DNA from: a virus
Taxonomy: Duplodnaviria > Caudoviricetes
Length of the DNA stretch: 47,703 bases
Direction: 5' to 3' (one strand)
Virus record (IMG/VR): IMGVR_UViG_3300005573_000132
Span: 1 to 47,703 of that record
Positions 27,681-39,396 of the stretch are shown here, piece by piece. The translations under genes were made by a program, and so were the position numbers. The stretch's first letter is position 1. Every line of letters begins with the position of its first letter. Under the pieces are notes generated by a model. It made no database searches and was not told the DNA's origin. It was given only the letters and a program-made list of their open reading frames with translations.

Positions 27681-28666
27681 GAATCTACCACGATTACCAT
27701 CGGCCGGGACGGCCGACTGAATGTCACGACCAGTTTCGGGGCGTAGCCCGGATCATAGACATCCGCGGTCCAATACCAGTATCCGGTGTATGTTCCGGCC
27801 ACCCAGGTTCCGGTGAAGGCTCCGGCCTGATCCCACTCCAGTCTCAGGCCGAGCTTGCTGATCCCGGCCGGGTCGATTAAGGTCAGGCCGTAGGCGTTCA
27901 GGTTGATGTTGTTGTAGACATCTGGAACCCAGAACTCGAACGGCAGGTTCCCCGCCGAGGTGCTGCCCAGCGAGCCATAGTCCGCCGCGACTAGGTTGTT
28001 GTTGACCGCCGGGGAAGCCTGCACCACGTGAAGCGGCGTCGGTCCAAGGTAGGAGAACTTATTGAACAGCCGGAGGCCAAGGTAGGCGCTGGAAACCACT
28101 GCCCCGGACCCCATGGGGCTGGTGTCGAAAGTCAGGACGCCCCTGTACAGATAGCTGAACTCGTTGGACCTGATGGCGGAAGAGTGCAGGTATACGCTGT
28201 CGTAGCCACCGCCTGTCCCGGCGCCGCTTCCCGCCCCTGAACGGATCGCAGAGAAGGTTTCCGAGCTAACGCTCCGCAGGACAACTCCGTCCATGGTGGT
28301 AAGCCCGCTGCCCCGATCAGGATAGGCGGTCAGGACGTCGTAACCGAAGCTGAGTCTTGGCCCCCAACGCGATGGGACCATGAGGTCCCACAGATGCATG
28401 CTCCACCACAGCGGCAGCAGCCCGAAATAGATACGCTGGGCGATCACCGGTCCAGAGTAGAATTCTCCTTCCAAGCGGCCGGACTCTTCGAGCAGGACGT
28501 GATGTGTTCCGACTTCAGTCACCAGCCCGCGGCCGCGAATCCCGAGTTTGCGCCGCAGCAGCAGGCCGAGGCGGCCATTGAGCCAGCCCACAAGGCGGCT
28601 CTGATTGGCCGCAAACCAGCTGCTATCGAACGCTCTCCAGTTCTGGTCCGCTCGGACGAGCCTCAA
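27677..28666 (-). CDS. Protein with a C-terminal DNRLRE/CBM96-like beta-sandwich
   Basis: YRGVLTFDTSPMGSGAVVSSAYLGL...PKLVVTF; start uncertain (TTG 28666 after AGGA). Confidence 0.5.
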   Translation of the reverse strand: MRLVRADQNWRAFDSSWFAANQSRLVGWLNGRLGLLLRRKLGIRGRGLVTEVGTHHVLLEESGRLEGEFYSGPVIAQRIYFGLLPLWWSMHLWDLMVPSRWGPRLSFGYDVLTAYPDRGSGLTTMDGVVLRSVSSETFSAIRSGAGSGAGTGGGYDSVYLHSSAIRSNEFSYLYRGVLTFDTSPMGSGAVVSSAYLGLRLFNKFSYLGPTPLHVVQASPAVNNNLVAADYGSLGSTSAGNLPFEFWVPDVYNNINLNAYGLTLIDPAGISKLGLRLEWDQAGAFTGTWVAGTYTGYWYWTADVYDPGYAPKLVVTFSRPSRPMVIVVDS

Positions 28667-29036
28667 CCACTCTTTCCTGCGGGAACGGGGTTGCGCGGTT
28701 GGCGTTGGCCCACCGTATGTCTTCATTGATGGCCTGAATGGCTTCCTCAAAGGTCATCCTCCTGCCCATGTCCACTGAGCGGGTGGTCCACAATCTCCTT
28801 CGCACGATCCGAGGGTCGGCAACGATTTCTCCAGGCTTTGGCAATCCCCAGGTCACGACCGCCGAGCGCCGCACCAGGGCAACGTACAGCCGAACCCGAG
28901 CCTGCGTCCGGTCGCCGCGCTGCACCACCCAGACGACGTGCGGGTCCAGGACTTCCTCGGCATCTTGAACATCTTGCTGAGCAAACAACCTGTCGGCGGC
29001 CGCCGCCAGAAGCGCCAGCCACTCCCGCCTGGACAT
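28623..29036 (-). CDS. Hypothetical protein with a twin-arginine-like N-terminus
   Basis: ATG 29036: MSRREWLALLAAAADRLFAQQ. Confidence 0.55.
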   Translation of the reverse strand: MSRREWLALLAAAADRLFAQQDVQDAEEVLDPHVVWVVQRGDRTQARVRLYVALVRRSAVVTWGLPKPGEIVADPRIVRRRLWTTRSVDMGRRMTFEEAIQAINEDIRWANANRATPFPQERVVEARPSGPELESVR

Positions 29037-29043
29037 CAGGCGA

Positions 29044-29825
29044 TCAGTACCACTGGTAGCGGATGGCAATGTTCATCCTCCTGGCGCCGCTCACTGAAAC
29101 GGTCACGTGGTCAATCCGGTGGCCGTTGTCGATCAGGTTCTCTCCGGCCACAAAGCTGTTTGTCGATCCGCCGGCCGGAGAGCAGTTCAGGTTGCTGCTA
29201 AGAATGTTCGCCGGAGAGCCATCGTTCCGTTGAAGGTTGATGGAGGCCGACCCGGCGTCGATCTCGCAGTAGACCTCCAGCAGCCGGATGCGCGATCCGA
29301 GATTGACAAAGATTGACGGGATATCCATGCTCGGCAGGAGATCGTTGGACGGATCGAACAGCGTGTAGTTGATGACGCGGGTGACAGCCTGCAAGGACCA
29401 GGTGTTGGCGCTGGTGCAGCCGTAGAGGTTCTCCCCTTCCCGGCTGTCGGTCTTGAAGAACAGATCTCCGACCTGGCAGGTCGCTGGCAGGGTGGTGCCG
29501 GTCTTGACAGGCGCAGTGGCGGTCTTGCCGGTGATCCGGAAGATGTTGTCGATCCCGATGATCGGCGTGGTCCCGCCGGTGCTGGAGATCTCGTTGGCGG
29601 TTCCGGAAACCGACGTAACCGCCCCAGGGATGTCTCCGACGCAATTTTTGGCTCCGGAGCTGGCCTTGAAGCACAGCTTCCCTGTCGAGGAATCCACGTA
29701 GACCGCCGTGCGGCCGGAGGCTGGCGCGGGCGGCTCGCCGACTCCCACAAAGATGAAGTAGCCGTTGACGGCGGTCTGGGCCAGCGCTGCGCCGACGACA
29801 ATCAGAAATCCGAGGATCAAAGTTG

Positions 29826-29835
<10 letters not shown>
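29044..29835 (-). CDS. Signal-peptide-bearing fibre-like protein
   Basis: [19 protein letters not shown]|QT; [16 protein letters not shown]...[11 protein letters not shown]; C-terminal domain resembles that of 11815-13431. Confidence 0.65.
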
Positions 29836-32024
<2,189 letters not shown>

Positions 32025-32027
32025 CTC

Positions 32028-32369
32028 TCAGCGAATGTAGACCGTTACCAGTACCCCATCACCTGCGGTTTCCACGTCCATCCGATAGTCGGACAGGCGA
32101 TAGACATTTCCGGCGATGGTGGAGAATGCAATGATGTCGCACGGATTGGCCAGAACCACGATCAGCCCTTCTCCTGTGGCGGTGTTCAGGCGTTGGTTGC
32201 CAATGTAGATCCGGCCGAGGTTGTCCGATCCCGCCTGGATGATGAACTGATTGCAGGTGAAGTTCTGGCTGCGCAGCTGGGGGTAGTTGGCGAAGAAGTC
32301 CACGGGGTTTCCCGGCGTCGTGGTGATCCATCCCAGGGGAAACAGACCGCTGTCGAACTCCACCGCCAT
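32028..32369 (-). CDS. Small beta-rich virion protein
   Basis: IIQAGSDNLGRIYIG resembles LRIESEAGNGIVYFG of 38970-39260. Confidence 0.55.
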   Translation of the reverse strand: MAVEFDSGLFPLGWITTTPGNPVDFFANYPQLRSQNFTCNQFIIQAGSDNLGRIYIGNQRLNTATGEGLIVVLANPCDIIAFSTIAGNVYRLSDYRMDVETAGDGVLVTVYIR

Positions 32370-32370
32370 C

Positions 32371-32616
32371 CTACACCTCTATCTTCCTGGAAACGGTTGT
32401 CTGCCCTCTGCGCAACGCCTTATACCGAAGCTGCCAGTCCCTGGCGATCCTTTCCATTCGAGCCGCTTGCAGGCGGTAAAAGTCCCCGTAGGCGTCTGTT
32501 GAGGACGGCAGCGCGAGGCTGGTTCCGCTCAGCCGGCATGCCATCCCGTAAAGCAGCCGCGCCAACCGCAGCTTCAGGTCGTCAAGGTACAGAAATAGAA
32601 TGTGTCCCATCTGCAC
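32371..32616 (-). CDS. Hypothetical protein
   Basis: Fills the gap after the portal, same strand. Confidence 0.5.
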   Translation of the reverse strand: MQMGHILFLYLDDLKLRLARLLYGMACRLSGTSLALPSSTDAYGDFYRLQAARMERIARDWQLRYKALRRGQTTVSRKIEV

Positions 32617-32623
32617 TCTGTTC

Positions 32624-34501
32624 TCAATAGGGGTTGCCCGTCCTCTGCCCTCGGGTCAACCTCGGCACCTCTCCCTTCCCGATGGCCTTTGGCATCAGTT
32701 CCTCGCGCTCCTCCGCCACCTGCTCCAGGATCTCGTCAATGTCCGGGAACTCCAAGATTTGCAACAGCTTGCGTCTAGAGATCGCGTTCAGGCGGTAGAG
32801 CGAAATGGCCACCTGCTTGTCGCGGTCGCGCTTGCCGCCGTGCATCGAACCAGCCGCAATGTTGACCTTGAACCGTTGCCAATGCTCTTCCTTGGGCACG
32901 GTCCAGGGGACCATGGTGCCAGGATCGTAGTCGAAATCCTCCAGGGTAATCCCATCCGCGCCGAGGATTCGCATCCGCTGCTTGCGGGTGTAGAACTGGA
33001 AGATGTTGCTGACAAACTGTTCTCCGGCCTCCCGGATGAACGGCTCGATGTGCCGGGATTGAAGCCGGAAGCTGGTCTGTGCCGTGTCCCGGAACTGCTC
33101 GATGGTGTCCCCGCCGGGGATCTGATTCTTCCGAGTCATCCCGGCGAGATCCAGCGTACCGGCATGGCGCTGGAATGCCTGGTCCACCTTGTCCCAGAAC
33201 TGGCCGACATAGCCCGGCAACGGCGGAGGCTGGAGATACTGAGCATGGACGGCCGGATTGGCGTTCGGGTTGAACTTCAGCTTCGCGCCGGGCATGTCCT
33301 GGTAGAAGTTGCGGAATGACGTGTCATCAACGGCTCCGTCCACAAAGGCGAACTGCGGCTCGATGGCTCGCCGGCTCAAGTCCATCATGCCGGCGCCCAG
33401 TTCGTTCCTGGCAATGGCCAGCGGAACCAGGTTGCGGTAGATCGAGATGCCGCCTGGCCGCCATACCGCCGGATTGAGGATGAGCTGCGCAAACGGGAAT
33501 TTACCGCTCCAGTAAGGGCTTGGCCCGTCGTAGAGGATAGTGTCCCCGGCCACCACGATCAGCCGCTTGCGCGGGAAGATGCGCTGCCCGGGCGGAACCC
33601 GATACCAGTAGTTGTGCTCATCCAGGCTCAGGCGAGGATCTTTGACCAAGATCTCCCGGCCAGTCTCATTGATAGTCGGGTCGTCAATCCAGTACTCCTC
33701 GACCAGAACAACCGGGAAGGAGCTGCCCCGCTGCGGCGCCAGTGCCCAACCGCGAGGGCCAAGGCCGGCGCGCTGCGTTGGGTTCATGGCGCTGAAGCCG
33801 TACTCCGGCACATTGCCCTGCGGCGAATAGTTAGGGGGCGTCGCCGAGAAGGTTCCGACGCTCAGTTCCCGGTCCAGGTTGCTGGCCGTGGCTCCGTAGG
33901 TGGCCTTGACGCGATGCAAGGGCTTGTAGACCCGGTAGAGCACGGCGCTGCTCTCCTGGATGTCGCGGCCCGGCTGAATGGGAAGAACCGCGTCCAGTCC
34001 GCAGGCCACCACGTGCATCCGGCCTGGCATGCTGGCGCCGATTTTCCAGTAGCCGACGCTCAGCAAAGCGTGGTCAATGGCCTCCTCCAGCCGCAAGTCC
34101 AGGTCCTGCTCCGCCCACTCGTAGGCAATGACCTTCTTGGCGATCTCGGCCTGGCGCATGTACTGCGGATTGCGATCCACGGAGGTGATCTCCGGGGCCG
34201 GCCGGATGTCGGTCAGTGCGCACAGAGCGTCCTGACGGGCGACGGCCATGGCGTTGTCAAAGAACTTGGAGCGATAGCTGGGACGACTCTTGGGCCAGTA
34301 GCGCCCCTCCAGCATGTCGATGTACGCCTGGATGTAGGGATACTCCGGGTTGAGTTTGGCGGTCTCCATCGCCTCTTGGCGGGCGGCCGCCACCCATCTG
34401 CGCACCGATTCATGGTATCCGGAGGGCGCGTCCATGCTCTCGCTCTTGGTATTGAAAACGATCGGTGCCCTTGGCACCAGTTCCACCACGTTGGCTGCCA
34501 T
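32624..34501 (-). CDS. Portal protein
   Basis: 625 aa after the terminase; LYDGPSPYWSGKFPFA, IYRNLVPL, QFYTRKQRMRILG. Confidence 0.8.
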   Translation of the reverse strand: MAANVVELVPRAPIVFNTKSESMDAPSGYHESVRRWVAAARQEAMETAKLNPEYPYIQAYIDMLEGRYWPKSRPSYRSKFFDNAMAVARQDALCALTDIRPAPEITSVDRNPQYMRQAEIAKKVIAYEWAEQDLDLRLEEAIDHALLSVGYWKIGASMPGRMHVVACGLDAVLPIQPGRDIQESSAVLYRVYKPLHRVKATYGATASNLDRELSVGTFSATPPNYSPQGNVPEYGFSAMNPTQRAGLGPRGWALAPQRGSSFPVVLVEEYWIDDPTINETGREILVKDPRLSLDEHNYWYRVPPGQRIFPRKRLIVVAGDTILYDGPSPYWSGKFPFAQLILNPAVWRPGGISIYRNLVPLAIARNELGAGMMDLSRRAIEPQFAFVDGAVDDTSFRNFYQDMPGAKLKFNPNANPAVHAQYLQPPPLPGYVGQFWDKVDQAFQRHAGTLDLAGMTRKNQIPGGDTIEQFRDTAQTSFRLQSRHIEPFIREAGEQFVSNIFQFYTRKQRMRILGADGITLEDFDYDPGTMVPWTVPKEEHWQRFKVNIAAGSMHGGKRDRDKQVAISLYRLNAISRRKLLQILEFPDIDEILEQVAEEREELMPKAIGKGEVPRLTRGQRTGNPY

Positions 34502-34518
34502 CGGTTTTCCTTCCCTTC

Positions 34519-34537
34519 ACGTCCGACTCTCGGACGT
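34519..34537. repeat. Palindrome copy 3: ACGTCCGA-CTC-TCGGACGT
   Basis: Intergenic, 18 nt upstream of the portal ATG 34501. Confidence 0.9.
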
Positions 34538-34538
34538 C

Positions 34539-34847
34539 TCACTCTATGGCGTCGTTCAGCCGCAATATCAGCACCAGCCCGGCCCACTGAGCACCAGCAA
34601 ACCAGCTCAAGGCCAGCCAGCTCAGGACATAGCCGAGCAGCCCGTGCTCGGGAAACAGTTGCGGGCGGCAGAGGATGACGAGCGCGGCTCCAATCCAGTG
34701 GCCGGAGCAGTAGCCACACATGAGCAGTTTCCCTGCCCAGGGGATGGCTCGGCTGGCTGCCGCCCGCACTCCGTAGAGCAGCTCGCTGGAACTGACCAGA
34801 AAGGCCAAGCAGGCTGTCACGGAACTCAAGACCAGCACCTTAATCAC
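34539..34847 (-). CDS. DUF1360-like membrane protein
   Basis: Hydrophobic, with LLMCGYCSGHWIG. Confidence 0.55.
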   Translation of the reverse strand: MIKVLVLSSVTACLAFLVSSSELLYGVRAAASRAIPWAGKLLMCGYCSGHWIGAALVILCRPQLFPEHGLLGYVLSWLALSWFAGAQWAGLVLILRLNDAIE

Positions 34848-35431
34848 GGAACCACAACCTCCTCCGGAACACTTCCGGTCTCCAGTACCTCCTGTTGCTT
34901 GTCCTCCGGCAAGGGGATAATTGTCGGCCTGTTCCTAGGATCGTCAAACCGGCGGTCATGAACTTCGACCAGCGGCTTAGCGGAGTCCAGGTCCGGAGGA
35001 GGGGCCGTAGTCCTCTCCGGCAAGACCTCCGGAGAGAAGCTGGCCCACTGGCCCGGCATCCCGGCGCTGGAAATCTTTCTTCCGTCCGGGCTGATGGTGG
35101 CATTGATGGGCACCTCTCCTGGCCCGTATAGGCCCTCCTGCCGGCAGAACTCCTTGAGCTCGGAGAACGTCTCAATGTAGACCGGCTCCGGCTGGCCGCT
35201 GAGGGAGGTCTTCTTGCGGTACATCCACACTCCCTCCTGCTCGGCGCCTTCCCGCTCTTTGAGGTTGTACCTGGCCGTGATCGGCCCGGTGAATACGACC
35301 GCGAAGCGGGAAGCCAGCAGCACTCGCGGGTTCGAACACAACGGACACGGAGGCGCCTGCTCCTGCCAGCGGTGGAAGAAGCGCTCTTCGATGCGCTGGC
35401 AGCGCTCGCAGTAGAACTCATACACCGGCAT
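34844..35431 (-). CDS. FmdB-family zinc-ribbon protein
   Basis: MPVYEFYCERC...CPLC. Confidence 0.75.
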   Translation of the reverse strand: MPVYEFYCERCQRIEERFFHRWQEQAPPCPLCSNPRVLLASRFAVVFTGPITARYNLKEREGAEQEGVWMYRKKTSLSGQPEPVYIETFSELKEFCRQEGLYGPGEVPINATISPDGRKISSAGMPGQWASFSPEVLPERTTAPPPDLDSAKPLVEVHDRRFDDPRNRPTIIPLPEDKQQEVLETGSVPEEVVVP

Positions 35432-35432
35432 A

Positions 35433-35972
35433 CTACTTCTCCAGAACCGATGACACTACGTCCTCGTCGCTGTCCAAGCCGCCCAGGCCAATCTCCCCGT
35501 CCAGGAAGTCCATCAGATCCTGGCCGGTGAATTCCTCCTTGCCCAGCATCTGTCCGATTCTGCGGTACTGGGCCTCGGTCAGCAGGATCTTATGCGGCTC
35601 AGGGGCCACCATGCCAAACCAGCCCTGACTGAATGCCCAGTCGAAGATGGCTCGCAAATGCTGCTGGATGCTGATTCCGTTGCGGCTGGCCACCTCCTGA
35701 AGATAGGCCGTCCACGACGGATCAGGGCTGAACTCCACCAGCAACGCGTCTCCACGCTTTCCGCAGCCTCTCTCGACCTTCTCGGCGATCTCCATCGGGG
35801 ATGGGTCTCCAGCGGCTCTCTGAATCCTTTTGACCACCTCGGCTGGAAGGAGCATCCCGCCTCGGGAAAGCTCCTGAACAACTCCAGCTACGGTGTCGCT
35901 GACGCCAGAGGCGCCGATCTTCTGCACGGCGGCGTCGTCGAGTTCGACCTCAAATACGTATTTCTTCTTCAT
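35433..35972 (-). CDS. Hypothetical protein
   Basis: AGGAGG RBS; between terminase and the FmdB-like gene. Confidence 0.65.
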   Translation of the reverse strand: MKKKYVFEVELDDAAVQKIGASGVSDTVAGVVQELSRGGMLLPAEVVKRIQRAAGDPSPMEIAEKVERGCGKRGDALLVEFSPDPSWTAYLQEVASRNGISIQQHLRAIFDWAFSQGWFGMVAPEPHKILLTEAQYRRIGQMLGKEEFTGQDLMDFLDGEIGLGGLDSDEDVVSSVLEK

Positions 35973-35980
35973 GCTTCCTC

Positions 35981-38194
35981 CTAAAATGTCAGCTCCTGCA
36001 CGCTGGGGTAAAATCCGCTGGGATTGGACGGCGTGCTTTGGTCCATGTCCTCGAACCGGATCGGATTCTCCGGCTTGTCCCAGCTCTCATGGCGCCATTT
36101 GACCATGATGCTCTTGCACCCCTCCAGCGGACAGCGCTCTGCGGCATTGTACTGCTCGCGGTGCCAGACCAAGCCGCACTTCAAGCAGCAGGCCACCCAA
36201 GGACCGGTAGCCTTCAGGCCGAAGGCGTCCGTGGAGACCTGAACTCCTGGCACTCTGCGGTCCATTTGGTGCGCGCCCAGGAGCGCCAGCTGGCAGGCGG
36301 TAACCGTGTCGTCGTGGACGTACTCCTCCTCGCCGGAGCCGTCCCAACTCTGCTGTCGTTTCCGCTCTGGGCAGCCGATGGAACCGTCCTCGTTGCGGGC
36401 AAAGTGGCGCATCTCCCAGGCGAAGATCTCGTCGCGCACGATCAGGGAGCCATCGGCGAGCCAAGCGTCCAGCTGAATCCAGGCGTCCTCTTTGTTGCGC
36501 GAGTTGAAGACCCAGTGGTAGCGGGGCGTGAGAACGTTGGCGCTGTCCAGGTTCTTCCACTGGTAGAGGTTCGGGTAGTTGAGATAGTGGCGCAGCTGGT
36601 CTCCCACGGTCTGGAAGTTGGTGTAATCGACCGTCAAAAGGGCGTTATTGTACCAACGTCCGATGGCGTTGGCCACCAGCGCTAGATCGGTCGGCCGGGT
36701 GGAATCGCTGCGGAAGCAGGCCACCTGGACGTCCGGATTGGGCGGGATGCCCAGCCGATTGACCCAGATTACCGAGTAATCGTGTCCGCGGCCTTGCCCC
36801 GAGGCTACGTCCACGCCCACCGAGTACTTGGCTCCTTCCATCGGCATCTCCCAGACCCTCAGGAAGCGATCCGGCTCGCCAGCGTGGTTGCGGGCGCAGC
36901 CTCTCGCCCAGCAGATCGCGGACTCGGCTCCGGAGTGTCTCCGAGGCGCATGGAAGACGCCCTGGGAATCCATGAAGCCCACGGCCAAAGGCTCCCGGAT
37001 GTTGCTCGCCACCCGGTCCATGGCGGCCTTCGAGAACAGCGTCTCCGTGACGTACTGGAACGCCTCCTGCGGGCTGGTAGCCAGTGACTGCCGCATGTCC
37101 ATCAGAGCGGACTCTCCGATGGCCTCCGCGTTCTTGCGCTGTTGCCAGAGCCAGCGCATCTGTCCGTCCTTCAAATCGTATGGCTGGTAGGTTCCGACCT
37201 GGCAGTCCGAACAGGCAGCCCCGCGCATGGACTGGCCGCCGAAGTTGGTCGGCCGGATTTGCTGGCAGTTGGAGCACACGCACCATTCTTCGGCCGCCCG
37301 CTCCTTAACCGCCAGTTCCGGCTCTTCCGGGCGCCAGCCATCCTCCGGCGGGATGAAGTGGCTCTTGTCGAAGTAGATGGGCAGGAAGAGCGGAAACCAA
37401 GTTGCCACGTCGCCCAAGCGGACCTGGCTCTCCCATAGCCGCTCCAAAAACCTGGCGGAGCGCTTGACGCGGCTTTCGATGACAGCGAAAGTGGTGGGAT
37501 CGTCCGGCAGCGCCCAGCGCAGATCTCCGAAGATCAGACTTCGGGCCTTGCCCTCATCCATCGAGCCCAGCTCGGAGATGTGCGCAAAGTTGATCCGGTA
37601 GCCCTCAGCGACGCCGGTGTAGCGGCCAGCGCTCTGCACCACGATGCGGGTATTCAACCCCGGGTCGATGGCCCTTAGCTCCGGATCCGGATTAATCAAG
37701 TGCAGCTCCTCCATGTACTTGCGAGGTCCGATCATGGGCCGGAGCCACCAGGGAAGGCGGTCGTAGATGTGCAGGATGATGCTGAACAATGACGCGGCGT
37801 GGGGCGTGTCGTAGGAAAGGACCAAGGCGTTGGCGTTGGGCTGGAACATGCAGCACCACGCCACGTAGGCTTCCACGAACGTGGAGACATAGAGTTGGCG
37901 GGCCTTGATGATCAGGAGCCGCACGCCGCGTCCCTTAGTTTTGAGGCGATTGACAGCCTCCAGGACCAACTCCTGGGTGTCCATCAGCCTCAGCGGAACA
38001 TCCCGCATGTCCTTGGTGGAGATCCAGAAGTAGTTCCGGGCGCAGTACTCGAAAGAGTTCATGCAGCGGAGGATCTCCTCTTGCAGGAACCTCTTTTCCT
38101 TCGCGCTCAGCAGCACCCAGGAGCAGCGCTCGGGCTGATTGTAGTACTCGATCAGCTCCTCGGTCCCTGGGTCGCGCCCGAAACGATCACTCAT
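35981..38194 (-). CDS. Terminase large subunit
   Basis: IIKARQLYVST (Walker A region), FAHISE (Walker B), VGVDVASG...DYS, HDD nuclease motif; ATG 38194. Confidence 0.85.
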   Translation of the reverse strand: MSDRFGRDPGTEELIEYYNQPERCSWVLLSAKEKRFLQEEILRCMNSFEYCARNYFWISTKDMRDVPLRLMDTQELVLEAVNRLKTKGRGVRLLIIKARQLYVSTFVEAYVAWCCMFQPNANALVLSYDTPHAASLFSIILHIYDRLPWWLRPMIGPRKYMEELHLINPDPELRAIDPGLNTRIVVQSAGRYTGVAEGYRINFAHISELGSMDEGKARSLIFGDLRWALPDDPTTFAVIESRVKRSARFLERLWESQVRLGDVATWFPLFLPIYFDKSHFIPPEDGWRPEEPELAVKERAAEEWCVCSNCQQIRPTNFGGQSMRGAACSDCQVGTYQPYDLKDGQMRWLWQQRKNAEAIGESALMDMRQSLATSPQEAFQYVTETLFSKAAMDRVASNIREPLAVGFMDSQGVFHAPRRHSGAESAICWARGCARNHAGEPDRFLRVWEMPMEGAKYSVGVDVASGQGRGHDYSVIWVNRLGIPPNPDVQVACFRSDSTRPTDLALVANAIGRWYNNALLTVDYTNFQTVGDQLRHYLNYPNLYQWKNLDSANVLTPRYHWVFNSRNKEDAWIQLDAWLADGSLIVRDEIFAWEMRHFARNEDGSIGCPERKRQQSWDGSGEEEYVHDDTVTACQLALLGAHQMDRRVPGVQVSTDAFGLKATGPWVACCLKCGLVWHREQYNAAERCPLEGCKSIMVKWRHESWDKPENPIRFEDMDQSTPSNPSGFYPSVQELTF

Positions 38195-38687
38195 TCTTTT
38201 CCTCGGCTGTTGCTCCTTGGCCAATCGAAGCGGCGAGCAAACCGGGTGCGCCGGCGGGATTCAGCAACGGCGCTCCGTTGCGGGCCTCGTGCACCGACCG
38301 GACAAACTGATCGAATCCAGCGCCCGGATCGGAGCTGGCCATCTGGGCATTGAGAATCTGCTGGGTAACGGTGATGCCGCTCTTTTTCTCGATGTAGCCA
38401 AAGATCTCGAACAGCAGCCGGATCGCTCCGAGATCTTCCTTCTGCGCCATGATGCACAGGCTCTGAAAGGCGCTCCGCAGGGCTTCGGGAGCGTGCAGCA
38501 GCAGCATCTGCTCCTTGAAGTTGGGCAGGTCTTTCTTGGAGATCCGGCGCCGCTTGAGAACCCGGCTGCTGCGCAGGTACTCGGGCAGTTGATAGCCGCC
38601 GTTGGACGCTTCCGTCTTGGCCGCCACGTCCGGCGCCGGCGGTTTGGGCTTTGCGGTTTGCGGCGCCTTACTCCTTCGAGAAGCCAT
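38187..38687 (-). CDS. Putative terminase small subunit
   Basis: Position directly upstream of TerL; helical core AQKEDLGAIRLLFEIFG. Confidence 0.4.
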   Translation of the reverse strand: MASRRSKAPQTAKPKPPAPDVAAKTEASNGGYQLPEYLRSSRVLKRRRISKKDLPNFKEQMLLLHAPEALRSAFQSLCIMAQKEDLGAIRLLFEIFGYIEKKSGITVTQQILNAQMASSDPGAGFDQFVRSVHEARNGAPLLNPAGAPGLLAASIGQGATAEEKNE

Positions 38688-38970
38688 GAGCCACCTGAGC
38701 CCTCAGGTTCTCAAACCCGTGATCGACCTTCGCTTCCAATGTACAGAGACGGTCTTCCAAGCGAGCCAGCCGGTCGTCCATCCGGACGTTGTTCGTCTGG
38801 TAGACATTGGTGTTGACGTACCTGCCGTTCAGCCGGTTGATGATGGTTTCAGCAAGGGTTGCCCTGAAATATAGCGCCACCGCCCCGCCTCCTATGCCAA
38901 GCAAGCCGACCACCGGCATGATCCAGTCCCGGATGACGACAATGGTTTCCACTGGGTTATGCCCCTGCAT
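38668..38970 (-). CDS. Single-TM coiled-coil protein (holin/spanin-like candidate)
   Basis: WIMPVVGLLGIGGGAVALYF then a heptad-rich tail. Confidence 0.5.
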   Translation of the reverse strand: MQGHNPVETIVVIRDWIMPVVGLLGIGGGAVALYFRATLAETIINRLNGRYVNTNVYQTNNVRMDDRLARLEDRLCTLEAKVDHGFENLRAQVAHGFSKE

Positions 38971-39260
38971 CACAGCACCGTCCCAAACAAGTGGATCTTC
39001 TGGCTGCTGGTCCCGAGAAAATAGAGCTGATGCAGCGGGATGGGAGCGGCGACATAGGGGCCTAGGAAAACGGCCGCAGGATCCGAAGCTCCGGCCTTGA
39101 TGCTTCCGGCGTAGTCGGTGTTGCTTACGCCTGAGTCCCCGAAGTATACGATTCCGTTTCCAGCCTCGCTTTCGATCCTGAGGCTGGACAGGAACGTCGG
39201 CTCGGTCGTGGCTCGAACCGCCGTTCCCGTCAACGTTACGGTCTGTGAGAGAAATGCCAT
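38970..39260 (-). CDS. Small beta-rich virion protein
   Basis: Strong AGGAGG RBS; similar to 32028-32369. Confidence 0.6.
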   Translation of the reverse strand: MAFLSQTVTLTGTAVRATTEPTFLSSLRIESEAGNGIVYFGDSGVSNTDYAGSIKAGASDPAAVFLGPYVAAPIPLHQLYFLGTSSQKIHLFGTVL

Positions 39261-39343
39261 TCCGCCTCCTCCTACCTCCGGAACTTCCCGTCTACCCTGC
39301 TCTAGTTCCAGTACTGGCAGAGTCCGGGCTCGTTCCTACTGCG

Positions 39344-39388
39344 AGTGTATCCCACAGAAGGCGGATGCGGCAATAATTTCCTGTGGGA
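39344..39388 (-). promoter_or_regulatory. Putative promoter of the packaging operon with overlapping inverted repeat
   Basis: TTGCCG(39373-39368)-N18-TACACT(39349-39344); TCCCACAG 39350-39357 / CTGTGGGA 39381-39388. Confidence 0.45.
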
Positions 39389-39396
39389 GCAGCGGT

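Noticed and set aside
28623-28750. Programmed frameshift joining 28623-29036 and 27677-28750
   Set aside because: A TTG start at 28666 with an AGGA RBS explains the overlap; no slippery heptamer seen
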